NCBI GenBank assembly: GCA_947630185.1
Contig: CANRGT010000009.1
Coordinates: forward strand, 4,996-68,995
From: an uncultured Clostridia bacterium
GTDB lineage: Bacteria; Bacillota; Clostridia; TANB77; CAG-508
Direction: 5' to 3'
Length of the DNA stretch: 64,000 nt
In this document: positions 50,141 through 57,733 of the stretch, piece by piece
Numbering within the stretch: position 1 is the stretch's first letter
How the letters are laid out: each line of letters starts with the position of its first letter
The notes under the pieces: generated by a model
Database searches by the model: none
The model's input: the letters and a program-made list of their open reading frames with translations, nothing else
Told to the model about the DNA's origin: nothing
Program-made: the position numbers and the translations under genes

Positions 50141-50170
50141 TGAGGTTCTTATATTTATTTGGGAGGTTCT

Positions 50171-50920
50171 ATGATAAAACTATTGATAAATGGTATAAAT
50201 GGGAAAATGGGTCAAGAGGTTATAAAAAGTTTAAAAAATTACCCTGATATTTGCTTAGTTGGCGGATTAGATAAAGTTACTAGTAGCAATAGCACCTACC
50301 CTACTTTTCAAGATTTTAATTTCGTTTCAGAAATGCCAGATATTGTTATTGACTTTTCTGTTCCAGAAGCTACAATATCACTTTTACCAAATTTAGTTTG
50401 TAAAAGTATTCCTATTGTAATTGCTACTACTGGTTTTAATAAAGATGAGCAAAATCAAATTCTAGATGCTTCCTTAAAAATTCCTGTTTTTCAGTCTGCT
50501 AATATGTCATACCAAATTGCTTTAATGGGAAACATTTTAAGTCAAGTATCTAAAGAATTACCTAATTCAGAAATTGAAATTGTAGATGTTCATCATAATA
50601 GGAAATTAGATTCCCCAAGTGGTACTGCTCTAATGCTTGCAGAGAAAATAAATAGTGCAAATAATAATAAATTTTATTACGAATTTAATAGACTTAATAA
50701 AAAGGAAAAAAGAAAACCTAATGAAATTGGTTTTTCTAGCATTAGAGGTGGTAATATTGTAGGTGAGCATCAAGTTTTATTTTTTGATGATAATGAAGTT
50801 TTAGAAATTAAACATACTTCTTATTCTAGGAGCATTTTTGCAGATGGTGCAATTAAGGCTGCTAAATTTTTGGTAGGTAAAAAAGCTGGAATTTATGATA
50901 TGGGTGATTTATTCAGTTGA
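50171..50920 (+). CDS. dapB: 4-hydroxy-tetrahydrodipicolinate reductase
   Basis: Begins MIKLLINGINGKMGQ, with HHNRKLDSPSGTAL. GGGAGG lies before ATG 50171. Confidence 0.9.
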   Translation: MIKLLINGINGKMGQEVIKSLKNYPDICLVGGLDKVTSSNSTYPTFQDFNFVSEMPDIVIDFSVPEATISLLPNLVCKSIPIVIATTGFNKDEQNQILDASLKIPVFQSANMSYQIALMGNILSQVSKELPNSEIEIVDVHHNRKLDSPSGTALMLAEKINSANNNKFYYEFNRLNKKEKRKPNEIGFSSIRGGNIVGEHQVLFFDDNEVLEIKHTSYSRSIFADGAIKAAKFLVGKKAGIYDMGDLFS

Positions 50921-50966
50921 AAACATAAAAATCATTTCATAAATGTTCTGTTATTTTAGAATTTTA

Positions 50967-50995
50967 TTGAAATATGTTTAAAAATAAAGTATAAT
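50967..50995 (+). promoter_or_regulatory. promoter of the candidate toxin mRNA
   Basis: TTGAAA, 17-nt spacer, TATAAT. Confidence 0.55.
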
Positions 50996-51045
50996 AAACA
51001 CATCCTTTTCATTAAGGAAATCTTTTTGAAAGGGAGGTGAGTAAT

Positions 51046-51135
51046 TTGTCATCTTACGAATTAATTTGGCGTCTAATTGTTTTATTATTACTTAGTAATG
51101 ATAATCAAGAAGATAGTCAAAAAACTCATGATTAG
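51046..51135 (+). CDS. 29-aa hydrophobic peptide, candidate type I toxin (Fst/holin-like-toxin style)
   Basis: GGGAGG lies 8 nt before TTG 51046. Peptide is MSSYELIWRLIVLLLLSNDNQEDSQKTHD. The 5' UTR segment CCUUUUC can pair with GAAAGGG and would sequester the SD. Confidence 0.5.
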   Translation: MSSYELIWRLIVLLLLSNDNQEDSQKTHD

Positions 51136-51148
51136 TGCAAATCTAATC

Positions 51149-51178
51149 AAAGCGGTCTGGTCAACCGCTTTATTTTTT
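51149..51178 (+). terminator. intrinsic terminator of the candidate toxin mRNA
   Basis: AAGCGGT-ctggtca-ACCGCTT followed by TATTTTTT. Confidence 0.7.
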
Positions 51179-51180
51179 GC

Positions 51181-51252
51181 AAAAAAAATGAGATATGTGG
51201 TCAACATATCTCGAGTAATTGTCATCTTACAAACAACTCTCTTGCTTAAGCT
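51181..51252 (-). ncRNA. about 70-nt convergent sRNA, candidate antitoxin
   Basis: It has its own promoter and terminator (GAGAUAUG-uugacca-CAUAUCUC plus AU8). It contains UUUGUAAGAUGAC-AAUUACUC, which is complementary (21 bp including one G-U, with one bulge) to GAGUAAUUUGUCAUCUUACGAA spanning the toxin start codon. Confidence 0.55.
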
Positions 51253-51258
51253 AAATAT

Positions 51259-51287
51259 AGTATACTACTTTTTTTATTATATGTCAA
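51259..51287 (-). promoter_or_regulatory. promoter of the candidate antitoxin sRNA
   Basis: Minus strand TTGACA (51287-51282), 17-nt spacer, TATACT (51264-51259). Confidence 0.55.
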
Positions 51288-51294
51288 ATTTTTT

Positions 51295-51326
51295 AAAAAT
51301 ATTCTCCTTTAAAAATATTCTCCTTT
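51295..51326. repeat. perfect tandem duplication, 2 x 16 bp (AAAAATATTCTCCTTT)
   Basis: Read directly. It lies between the divergent sRNA promoters. The minus strand reads AAAGGAGAATATTTTT twice. Confidence 0.9.
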
Positions 51327-51338
51327 AAAAAAAATTGT

Positions 51339-51367
51339 TTGACAATTAAAATAATTCATAGTAAAAT
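51339..51367 (+). promoter_or_regulatory. promoter of sRNA A
   Basis: TTGACA, 17-nt spacer, TAAAAT. Confidence 0.6.
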
Positions 51368-51371
51368 AAGA

Positions 51372-51457
51372 ATAGGAAATGGAAGCCACAAAAGTGGTTC
51401 GCCAGATTTAGATAAAAAAACACATCTAAAATGGGCAAATTACAGATGTGTTTTTTT
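51372..51457 (+). ncRNA. about 85-nt sRNA or orphan leader (copy A of the AUAGGAAAUG module)
   Basis: AUAGGAAAUGGAAGCCACAAAAGUGGUUCGCCAGAUUUAGAUAAAAAAACACAUCUAAAAUGGGCAAAUUACAGAUGUG plus U7. Collinear with copy B (2620->2530). No ORF lies downstream because the next gene is convergent. Confidence 0.5.
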
Positions 51458-51463
51458 ATTATA

Positions 51464-51976
51464 TTAGAATATATTTACAATTTTAAGTGCACTTTTTTCT
51501 TTAATATGTTTTAAAATAAATGCACAATTATCTAAGCTTTCTACTGCAGTTTGATAATCCTTTGTTTCAATATTTGCCTTTAATTTAGTAAGCTCTGTTT
51601 TAACTTTTTCTAGTTCATTGTGTTCAATATAATATGACATTGTTTCATCTTTTTCTTCCCACAAATTTTCTATATCTTCCATCTTTTTTGTGCTTTCTTC
51701 TTGCTCTTTATTTACATCTAAACTTTCTTTTTTGCTTTCATCTGTTTTAGAATCTTCATTTTGATTTTCATTCTGTTTTTCATCTGATTTACTATTTTGT
51801 TCCTCATTTATTTTAGAACTTTCTTCACTTTCATTTAATTTGTAAATTTTTTCTCTTAATTCACTTAAATTTTTCGACATTGCTTCTACTGCACTATTTG
51901 TGTTATTTTGTGTAATAATGTTTGCTATAATAATAACTACTATTACAACAAATATGATAATTATTTGTTTATACAT
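51464..51976 (-). CDS. DUF4363-like membrane-anchored protein
   Basis: 170 aa with an N-terminal TM and an acidic low-complexity linker. It overlaps the stop of the upstream DUF421 gene by one base (the first base of its start codon, 51976, is the last base of that stop), the usual DUF421/DUF4363 pairing. Confidence 0.55.
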   Translation of the reverse strand: MYKQIIIIFVVIVVIIIANIITQNNTNSAVEAMSKNLSELREKIYKLNESEESSKINEEQNSKSDEKQNENQNEDSKTDESKKESLDVNKEQEESTKKMEDIENLWEEKDETMSYYIEHNELEKVKTELTKLKANIETKDYQTAVESLDNCAFILKHIKEKSALKIVNIF

Positions 51977-52662
51977 TATGCACCTTTCCCCTTTTTATTT
52001 TTTTCTTGGCAAAAAATTTGCCCTTTTCCATTATAGGTAACTATTAAAGCCTCTTGTGGTTTTATATTAAATTTTTCTACTTGCTTTTTAAGCCAATTTT
52101 CATCTTTTCCAATTTGTTTTAAATTTTCTGTCATAATTCTTCCGTCTACTACTAAATCATAAGGTATGCCCTCATAATCTGGCATTATATTAAAATCTTC
52201 TGGCGTTGTATTCCTTTTGTTTGGCTTTTGAATAACAGTAATCTGTCCACTTGTTTCTAAAATAGCATATTCTACATCTCCTATGTTTACTATGTTATTT
52301 CCTCTTAGCCTTTCTTGAAGTTCATTTAATGTAAATCTTTCTTTTATTAGTGCTTTTTCGTCTATTTTTCCACGATATATTAAGATAGTTGGCTTCCCAC
52401 ATAGAATTTCTCTTATTCTCATACTTTTCATATTCATTATTGAAATTAGTAGATGCATTACTAATAAACCAAGTATTGGTGTGATTCCGTTCCAAATTGG
52501 TATTCCCGTGTCTGACATTGGAATTGATGCTAAATCTGCTATCATAATAGATATTGCAAGTTCAAATGGTTGAAGTTGTCCTATTTCTCGCTTTCCCATA
52601 AATCTCATAACGATTAGTACTATTATGTATAAAAAAATTGTTCTAATAAGTGTAACTAACAT
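51976..52662 (-). CDS. DUF421 (YetF-like) membrane protein
   Basis: 228 aa. Contains MRFMGKREIGQLQPFELAISIMIADLAS, typical of the YetF/YdfS family. Confidence 0.75.
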   Translation of the reverse strand: MLVTLIRTIFLYIIVLIVMRFMGKREIGQLQPFELAISIMIADLASIPMSDTGIPIWNGITPILGLLVMHLLISIMNMKSMRIREILCGKPTILIYRGKIDEKALIKERFTLNELQERLRGNNIVNIGDVEYAILETSGQITVIQKPNKRNTTPEDFNIMPDYEGIPYDLVVDGRIMTENLKQIGKDENWLKKQVEKFNIKPQEALIVTYNGKGQIFCQEKNKKGKGA

Positions 52663-52880
52663 ATTTTATCATCCTTCATAAAATCTATTTTAAGTTCCAA
52701 TAGAAATTTTTAAAAATTTCTATGCTTAATTTTGCAATAAATTTTTGGCATTTAATATCATTTTTAACCAAAAAAATAAATTTATTCATTGTTTGAATAA
52801 ATTTTTATTTTCCGTTCATAATAATTTTATAAACCATGAAAAACATCATAGGCAATTCTTGAAATAAGGAGGTTTTTATT

Positions 52881-53258
52881 ATGTCAGATAATCAAACAAA
52901 CACACAAACTGGTTCAAATACTAAAAGCACAGTATGGCAGATTATTGGTAGATTAGTAACTGCTGGTGTTGTTCTTGCTATTACTGCATTTTTTACACCA
53001 GGATTTCAAATTAACGGTTTTTGGGCATTAGCAGCAGCTGCTGTTGTTCTTACCATTATAGATTACTTAGTTACTAGATTTACAGGATTACACGCAAGTT
53101 CTTTTGGTAAAGGATTTGTAGGATTTGTTCTTTCTGCAGTTGTATTATATGTAACTCAATATTTTGTTGCAGGTTATACAGTTTCTTGGATGGCTGCAAT
53201 TATTGGTGCTTTAGTATACGGTGTTGTAGATTATTTTCTACCTGGCGAACAGCAATAA
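52881..53258 (+). CDS. small four-TM membrane protein (holin-4_2/DUF360- or DUF2512-like; family uncertain)
   Basis: 125 aa with a polar N-terminus and then four hydrophobic segments. No phage genes are nearby. Confidence 0.4.
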   Translation: MSDNQTNTQTGSNTKSTVWQIIGRLVTAGVVLAITAFFTPGFQINGFWALAAAAVVLTIIDYLVTRFTGLHASSFGKGFVGFVLSAVVLYVTQYFVAGYTVSWMAAIIGALVYGVVDYFLPGEQQ

Positions 53259-53269
53259 TTTAAAATGTA

Positions 53270-53295
53270 AAAGAGGCCAACTGGCCTCTTTTATT
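53270..53295. terminator. GC-rich intrinsic terminator between convergent genes
   Basis: AAGAGGCC-aact-GGCCTCTT followed by TTATT. Confidence 0.7.
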
Positions 53296-53362
53296 ATGTT
53301 TATATTATTGATTATTACTATTGTGTCTACATTTATGAGTATGTTATAGTTTTATTTGTATA

Positions 53363-54619
53363 TTACTTTCCTTTGTTCCATCCTTCTTTATTTACTTGTC
53401 TTTCTCTTGCTATTGCTAAGCTTTCAGATGGTATATCTTCTGTAATCGTAGAGCCTGCTGCAACTAATACATGGTCTCCCATTGTTACTGGTGCTACTAA
53501 GTTTACATTAGAACCTACAAAGCAATTATCTCCAATAATAGTTTTGTGTTTATTCTTTCCATCATAGTTGCAAGTAATTGTACCACAACCGATATTACAT
53601 TTTGAACCAATTTCAGAATCTCCCATGTAAGATAAATGTGGAACTTTAGTGCCTTCGCCAATAATTGCCTTTTTGATTTCTACAAAGCTTCCTACTTTTA
53701 CTTTGTTAGCTAGTTTGCAACCCTCACGAATATATGCATTTGGTCCGATGTTACATTCTTCTCCAATCACAACCCCTGATTTAATTGTTGTATTTGGATG
53801 TATTACTGTATCTATTCCTATTTCTACATCTTCATAAATATATGTAGTGTTAATATCTTCAATTGTAACGCCATTGTTCATATGCATTGTATTTATACGA
53901 ATTCTTAATATTCTAGAAAGCATTTCTAATTGTGCCTTTGTGTTTAAACTTAATATTTCTGTGTTATCTTCTACTAGAACTCCACCTATTTTTTCTCCTT
54001 TTGTATCTAGCATTTTAATAACATCAGTTAAATAATATAAGCCCATGCTACTTTTTTGCAATTTTCCTATTATATCTAACAATTTTGAAATTTCAAAGCA
54101 ATAAAGTCCAGCATTTACTTCTAATATGTTTCTTTGTGATTCTGTTAATTCTTTTTCCTCTATAATTTCTACTATTTTACTGTCTCTTCTTATTATTCTT
54201 CCATAGCCTGTTGGCTCGCTTATAATTCCTGTTAAAATTGTTGCTGCCTCGTTTTCTGTTTCAGATTTTTCTACTACTGTTTTTATTGTTTCTGAAGTGA
54301 TTAGTGGAATATTTCCATTTGCTATAAGTATTCTGCCAGTTTTTCCTTCTAAGTATGAAGTTGCTTGCATAATTGCATGGCCTGTTCCTAGGCATTGCTC
54401 TTGATGAAGATATGTTACTTCATCTTTTAATATTTCTTCTATTTCTGCTCTGTTTTCACCTACAATAACTGCTACATCATCAATTCCTGCTTTTTTGATA
54501 CTGTCTACTACTCTTTTAATTACTGCCTTTCCGTATAATTCTTGTGCTAATTTTGATTTTTTTGATTTCATTCTGTCATCTGTTCCTGCTGCCATTACTA
54601 AAGCTATAGTTTTTTCCAT
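53363..54619 (-). CDS. GlmU-like bifunctional nucleotidyltransferase / LbH acetyltransferase, with a divergent N-terminal signature
   Basis: 418 aa with a nucleotidyltransferase fold and C-terminal hexapeptide repeats. The N-terminal loop reads MAAGTDDRMKSKKSK where canonical GlmU has LAAGKGTRM. Confidence 0.7.
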   Translation of the reverse strand: MEKTIALVMAAGTDDRMKSKKSKLAQELYGKAVIKRVVDSIKKAGIDDVAVIVGENRAEIEEILKDEVTYLHQEQCLGTGHAIMQATSYLEGKTGRILIANGNIPLITSETIKTVVEKSETENEAATILTGIISEPTGYGRIIRRDSKIVEIIEEKELTESQRNILEVNAGLYCFEISKLLDIIGKLQKSSMGLYYLTDVIKMLDTKGEKIGGVLVEDNTEILSLNTKAQLEMLSRILRIRINTMHMNNGVTIEDINTTYIYEDVEIGIDTVIHPNTTIKSGVVIGEECNIGPNAYIREGCKLANKVKVGSFVEIKKAIIGEGTKVPHLSYMGDSEIGSKCNIGCGTITCNYDGKNKHKTIIGDNCFVGSNVNLVAPVTMGDHVLVAAGSTITEDIPSESLAIARERQVNKEGWNKGK

Positions 54620-54747
54620 TTTCTTTTATTCCTTTCTTTGCCTTCGCTAATATAAAAATTCTTGAAGGGCTTTTTTTATTTTTACATTTTTCATGTTATT
54701 TTTATTTTTGGGCAAATTTTCTTATTTTATAAGGTTCTTATCTGTTA

Positions 54748-55977
54748 CTACATTTTATCATTATATAGTTTAACTGCTGTCTCAGGGCTGTCATTACCTT
54801 CTTTATTCTTTACTGGTGCAAATTCATCTTCCCTTTTTACTCTTAAAATAGTAATATCATCATATCTTTCAAACACATCAAATATGAAAGACTCATATTT
54901 ATATACATTTGGTTCTTCTACTTCTACAAATTCACCATTTTCTTTTAAGTATCCAGATTTTTTGAAAGCTGCATGATATGGAAGTTTAACATCTGCTAAA
55001 TTTTCAAATACGCTTCTATGGAACAAATAATTTGCAAGGTTTACTTCTCCAAATTGTAATTCTCCATTTTCATCTCTTTGCTCTGCCATTTCATCTGGCA
55101 AATCTATGTATTCTATGATTTTAGGTTTTCCATTCATTTTGCAAAATACACCAACTTTTTCTTTTGGATTAGTTTTTGCAACTGATTTTGCACCGATTTT
55201 TTGATTTTCTTCAATAGTAAGTGCTAATAATATAGGGTCAACAAAGTTTGATAATATATTATCAACATTGCTTACAAAAATCCAGTCTATTTGATTTTTC
55301 TTCATATCTTCTAGTATTCCAGATTTTGAAACTGCCTCATATATTCCACCATTTCCATCTGCCGCTTCTTTAATTTTTTTATCTTTATCTAATATTAGCT
55401 TCCCATTTGTATCAATAAGTGGCAATTCTCCTTGCATGAAGAATTTTACTTTTGTTTTGTCATAGCCAAAATATTCATGCTTTTCTAAAAATTCTACTGT
55501 ATCTTCATGGTTTTCTCTACTTGTCATTACATACCATGGAATTGTTATTTTGTACTTATCTTTTGCTCTTTTCAAGGTATCTACAATTATTTCAAAAATA
55601 TATTTTTTTCCATACTTAGTATTTAATTCATAAGTACCTTTTGGACCTTTATGCCCTAGTCTTGTGCCTTGACCACCTGCCATTGTTATAACTGCATAAT
55701 GTCCTTCTTCAATTATTTTGCCTCCTACTTCTTCTAGCTCTTTTATTCTATCTTCTGATAGTTTTTCTTTATTTGTATAGTTAATATGTTCTATTTTCTT
55801 TTCTTCAAATTCTACTTTTCTTTTTGTCATTTCATATAAGTTTTTTAGCTGATTAAAGTCTATTTTAGAAATTTGTTCTTCTAGATTCTCTTTTTCTTCT
55901 TCATTTAATAAGTTCATATAATTTAAAATGTGCTCTTGTCCGTATTCTTTTAAAATTTGTAATACTTCTGGTTTCAT
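54748..55977 (-). CDS. UDP-sugar / UDP-N-acetylhexosamine pyrophosphorylase (eukaryotic-type UDPGP/UAP family)
   Basis: 409 aa. Motifs: ITMAGGQGTRLGHKGPKGTY and ADGNGGIYEA. Confidence 0.8.
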   Translation of the reverse strand: MKPEVLQILKEYGQEHILNYMNLLNEEEKENLEEQISKIDFNQLKNLYEMTKRKVEFEEKKIEHINYTNKEKLSEDRIKELEEVGGKIIEEGHYAVITMAGGQGTRLGHKGPKGTYELNTKYGKKYIFEIIVDTLKRAKDKYKITIPWYVMTSRENHEDTVEFLEKHEYFGYDKTKVKFFMQGELPLIDTNGKLILDKDKKIKEAADGNGGIYEAVSKSGILEDMKKNQIDWIFVSNVDNILSNFVDPILLALTIEENQKIGAKSVAKTNPKEKVGVFCKMNGKPKIIEYIDLPDEMAEQRDENGELQFGEVNLANYLFHRSVFENLADVKLPYHAAFKKSGYLKENGEFVEVEEPNVYKYESFIFDVFERYDDITILRVKREDEFAPVKNKEGNDSPETAVKLYNDKM

Positions 55978-56166
55978 TAAAATACATTCCTTTCGGTTTA
56001 ATTTTTTATACTTTATAGTATTCTAATTAAATTTATTTTGTGTTTATGCTAGTCTTTTATTGCACTATTAATTTATATCACAAACTCTAAAAAAAAACAA
56101 GTAAGACAGTAATTCTTAAAGTTGTCTTAATTTTCTTGACAAACCCAAGACTTACTGTCATAATTC

Positions 56167-57585
56167 TTAATACATAATATACAAGACCATACGGAATCCG
56201 TTGGCAGAAATAATAAGCTTCTGTCGGTTCTGCACTTCTTATAACCATACCATGAGATCCCAAATCTCCAAAACAGCACCCACGAGTTGTAGCACCTTTT
56301 ATTGTTTCATTATCTTTTTCTATATTACCTGTTTCTGTCGTTACTTCCCACATATTTCCTGCCATATCATATATATTTTTTGCTTTGTTTCTCTCTGATA
56401 TTCCTGTTGCTAACTCATATACATCCTTTGTACCTATAAGTTCCCTTGCTTCAAAACTTACTCTTCCTTTTGAATAATTTTCTGTATTTATTTCCCATTT
56501 CCATGGTTCAAAAGTTACGCCATGTTTTGAATATAATCCATATACATTCTCTCCTGAGTCAGCATCTACATAGTTTCCCCATGAAGCGCTATCTTTTACA
56601 TCTATATTATTATTTTCAAACCAATGGCATATTGTATCCCATGCCTGAGAATCTATTAATCTACTTGTTACTGATGTACTTGATTCATACATCTTTTCTG
56701 ATAGTTTCTTTGCATTTTCTTGACTTATATAATTCCATGCTTGTCTCCCTTTTTTAGTTACTGGTAATTCTACATTTTCCGATTTATTTCTCTCTTTTTC
56801 ATTTGATTTATCTGTATAGTTAGTTTTTTCATTATAGTTTTTACTTTCTTCTACACCTGCCTCGTATCTTCCAACATAAAATCCCCCATATTCTTTTACA
56901 CTTGTTTGTCTTTCGTATAATTTTTCTGTATCTGACATATCTGTGCTTTCTTTGTATATGACATAATTTTTATCTTTCCATGTTTCTTTATCTTGTTCAT
57001 ATTTCAACTCTTCTCCATCTACTGGCACCCATACAAATTGGTTCCTTTCTTCTCTTGCAGTTGCTACATTTGTATTTGTTACAGGCTCAGTTCCTTCATA
57101 TATTACAAATCCTCCTGATACTGTGTTTTCTCCTGTTGCTCCTGAACCTACAAATCCTTTTGGTACTGGTACAGTTTTTCCATCTGCACTTGTTACTGCT
57201 GTTACTTTACTTATGCTCCATCCGTTATTTACTATATCTCCTATTGTGTCTTCTATATTTTGTATATCTTGCAAATCGCTTTTTACTGCCTCATTCGTTT
57301 TTTCTCCAGCTTCCTTTGCTAACTGTAATATTCCATTATCTCCAAACACAACCGTTATACTTACTGATGCCAAAATCAAAAGCACTACAATCGTTACTAC
57401 TAAGGCTATTAGTGTTATTCCTGAAATTGAACTTACACTTTTACCTTGTCTAACTTTTGCAGTGCATATAAATAATGGTCTATTTTTGCTATATAAACCT
57501 TCCCTTTCTTCTATTTTTACTAAATTACGGCTCTCTCTCTCTCTCTCTCTCTCTCTCTAGAGCCACAAGCGTTTTTACTTTTCAT
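56167..57585 (-). CDS. pilin-like N-terminal anchor plus FGE-sulfatase (SUMF1/EgtB/PvdO) domain surface protein. The 5' (AG)14 tract currently puts the ATG out of frame, and a zero-frame CGG lies near the 3' end.
   Basis: AGGAGG lies before ATG 57585. The body frame (56087..57556) contains SG-ITLIALVVTIVVLLILA...GDNGILQLAKEAG and NIYDMAGNMWEVTTE...TRGCCFGD. Skipping the C of CGG (56200) gives the canonical ...CQ-GFRMVLYIMY* ending at 56167. Confidence 0.65.
57531..57558 (-). repeat. (AG)14 dinucleotide microsatellite inside the coding region ((CT)14 on the + strand)
   Basis: Read directly. It starts 27 nt (9 codons) after the ATG and would encode (Arg-Glu)n. Confidence 0.98.
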
Positions 57586-57636
57586 ACGTTTTCCTCCTAT
57601 TTTTTGACTTTAGATATTAATATTTTGTATAAATAA

Positions 57637-57665
57637 TTTATAATATACTTTATTATTTTTGTCAA
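57637..57665 (-). promoter_or_regulatory. promoter of the pilin-like/FGE gene
   Basis: Minus strand TTGACA (57665-57660), 17-nt spacer, TATAAA (57642-57637). Confidence 0.55.
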
Positions 57666-57682
57666 TACTTTTAATTTTATAT

Positions 57683-57718
57683 AAAAAAGAAAACCCCAAA
57701 AAATTTTCTGGGGTTTTT
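57683..57718 (-). terminator. intrinsic terminator after the Cys-rich small protein gene
   Basis: Minus strand AAACCCCA-10 nt-UGGGGUUU followed by UCUUUUUU. Confidence 0.65.
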
Positions 57719-57733
57719 AATAATCTTATTTGG

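Noticed and set aside
45340-50170. Lysine (L-box) riboswitch upstream of asd, dapA or dapB
   Set aside because: The upstream regions are short (about 100-130 nt) and lack the conserved L-box helices and motifs. Only the unrelated GC-rich hairpin before dapB was seen.
51077-51328. 83-aa + strand ORF in the ORF track
   Set aside because: It runs through two intrinsic terminators and a promoter and has no SD. The region is better explained by the 29-codon peptide gene plus the convergent sRNA.
52881-53258. Phage holin / prophage remnant
   Set aside because: The four-TM small protein superficially resembles holin-4_2 proteins. However, there are no endolysin, integrase or structural genes nearby, and the flanks are housekeeping genes.
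56087-56166. Treating the 41-aa hydrophobic C-terminal tail of ORF 56087..57385 as a genuine membrane anchor
   Set aside because: The +1 frame at the CGG codon gives the canonical GFRMVLY end of the FGE domain. The long tail is more likely out-of-frame read-through, although this is not proven without reads or proteomics.
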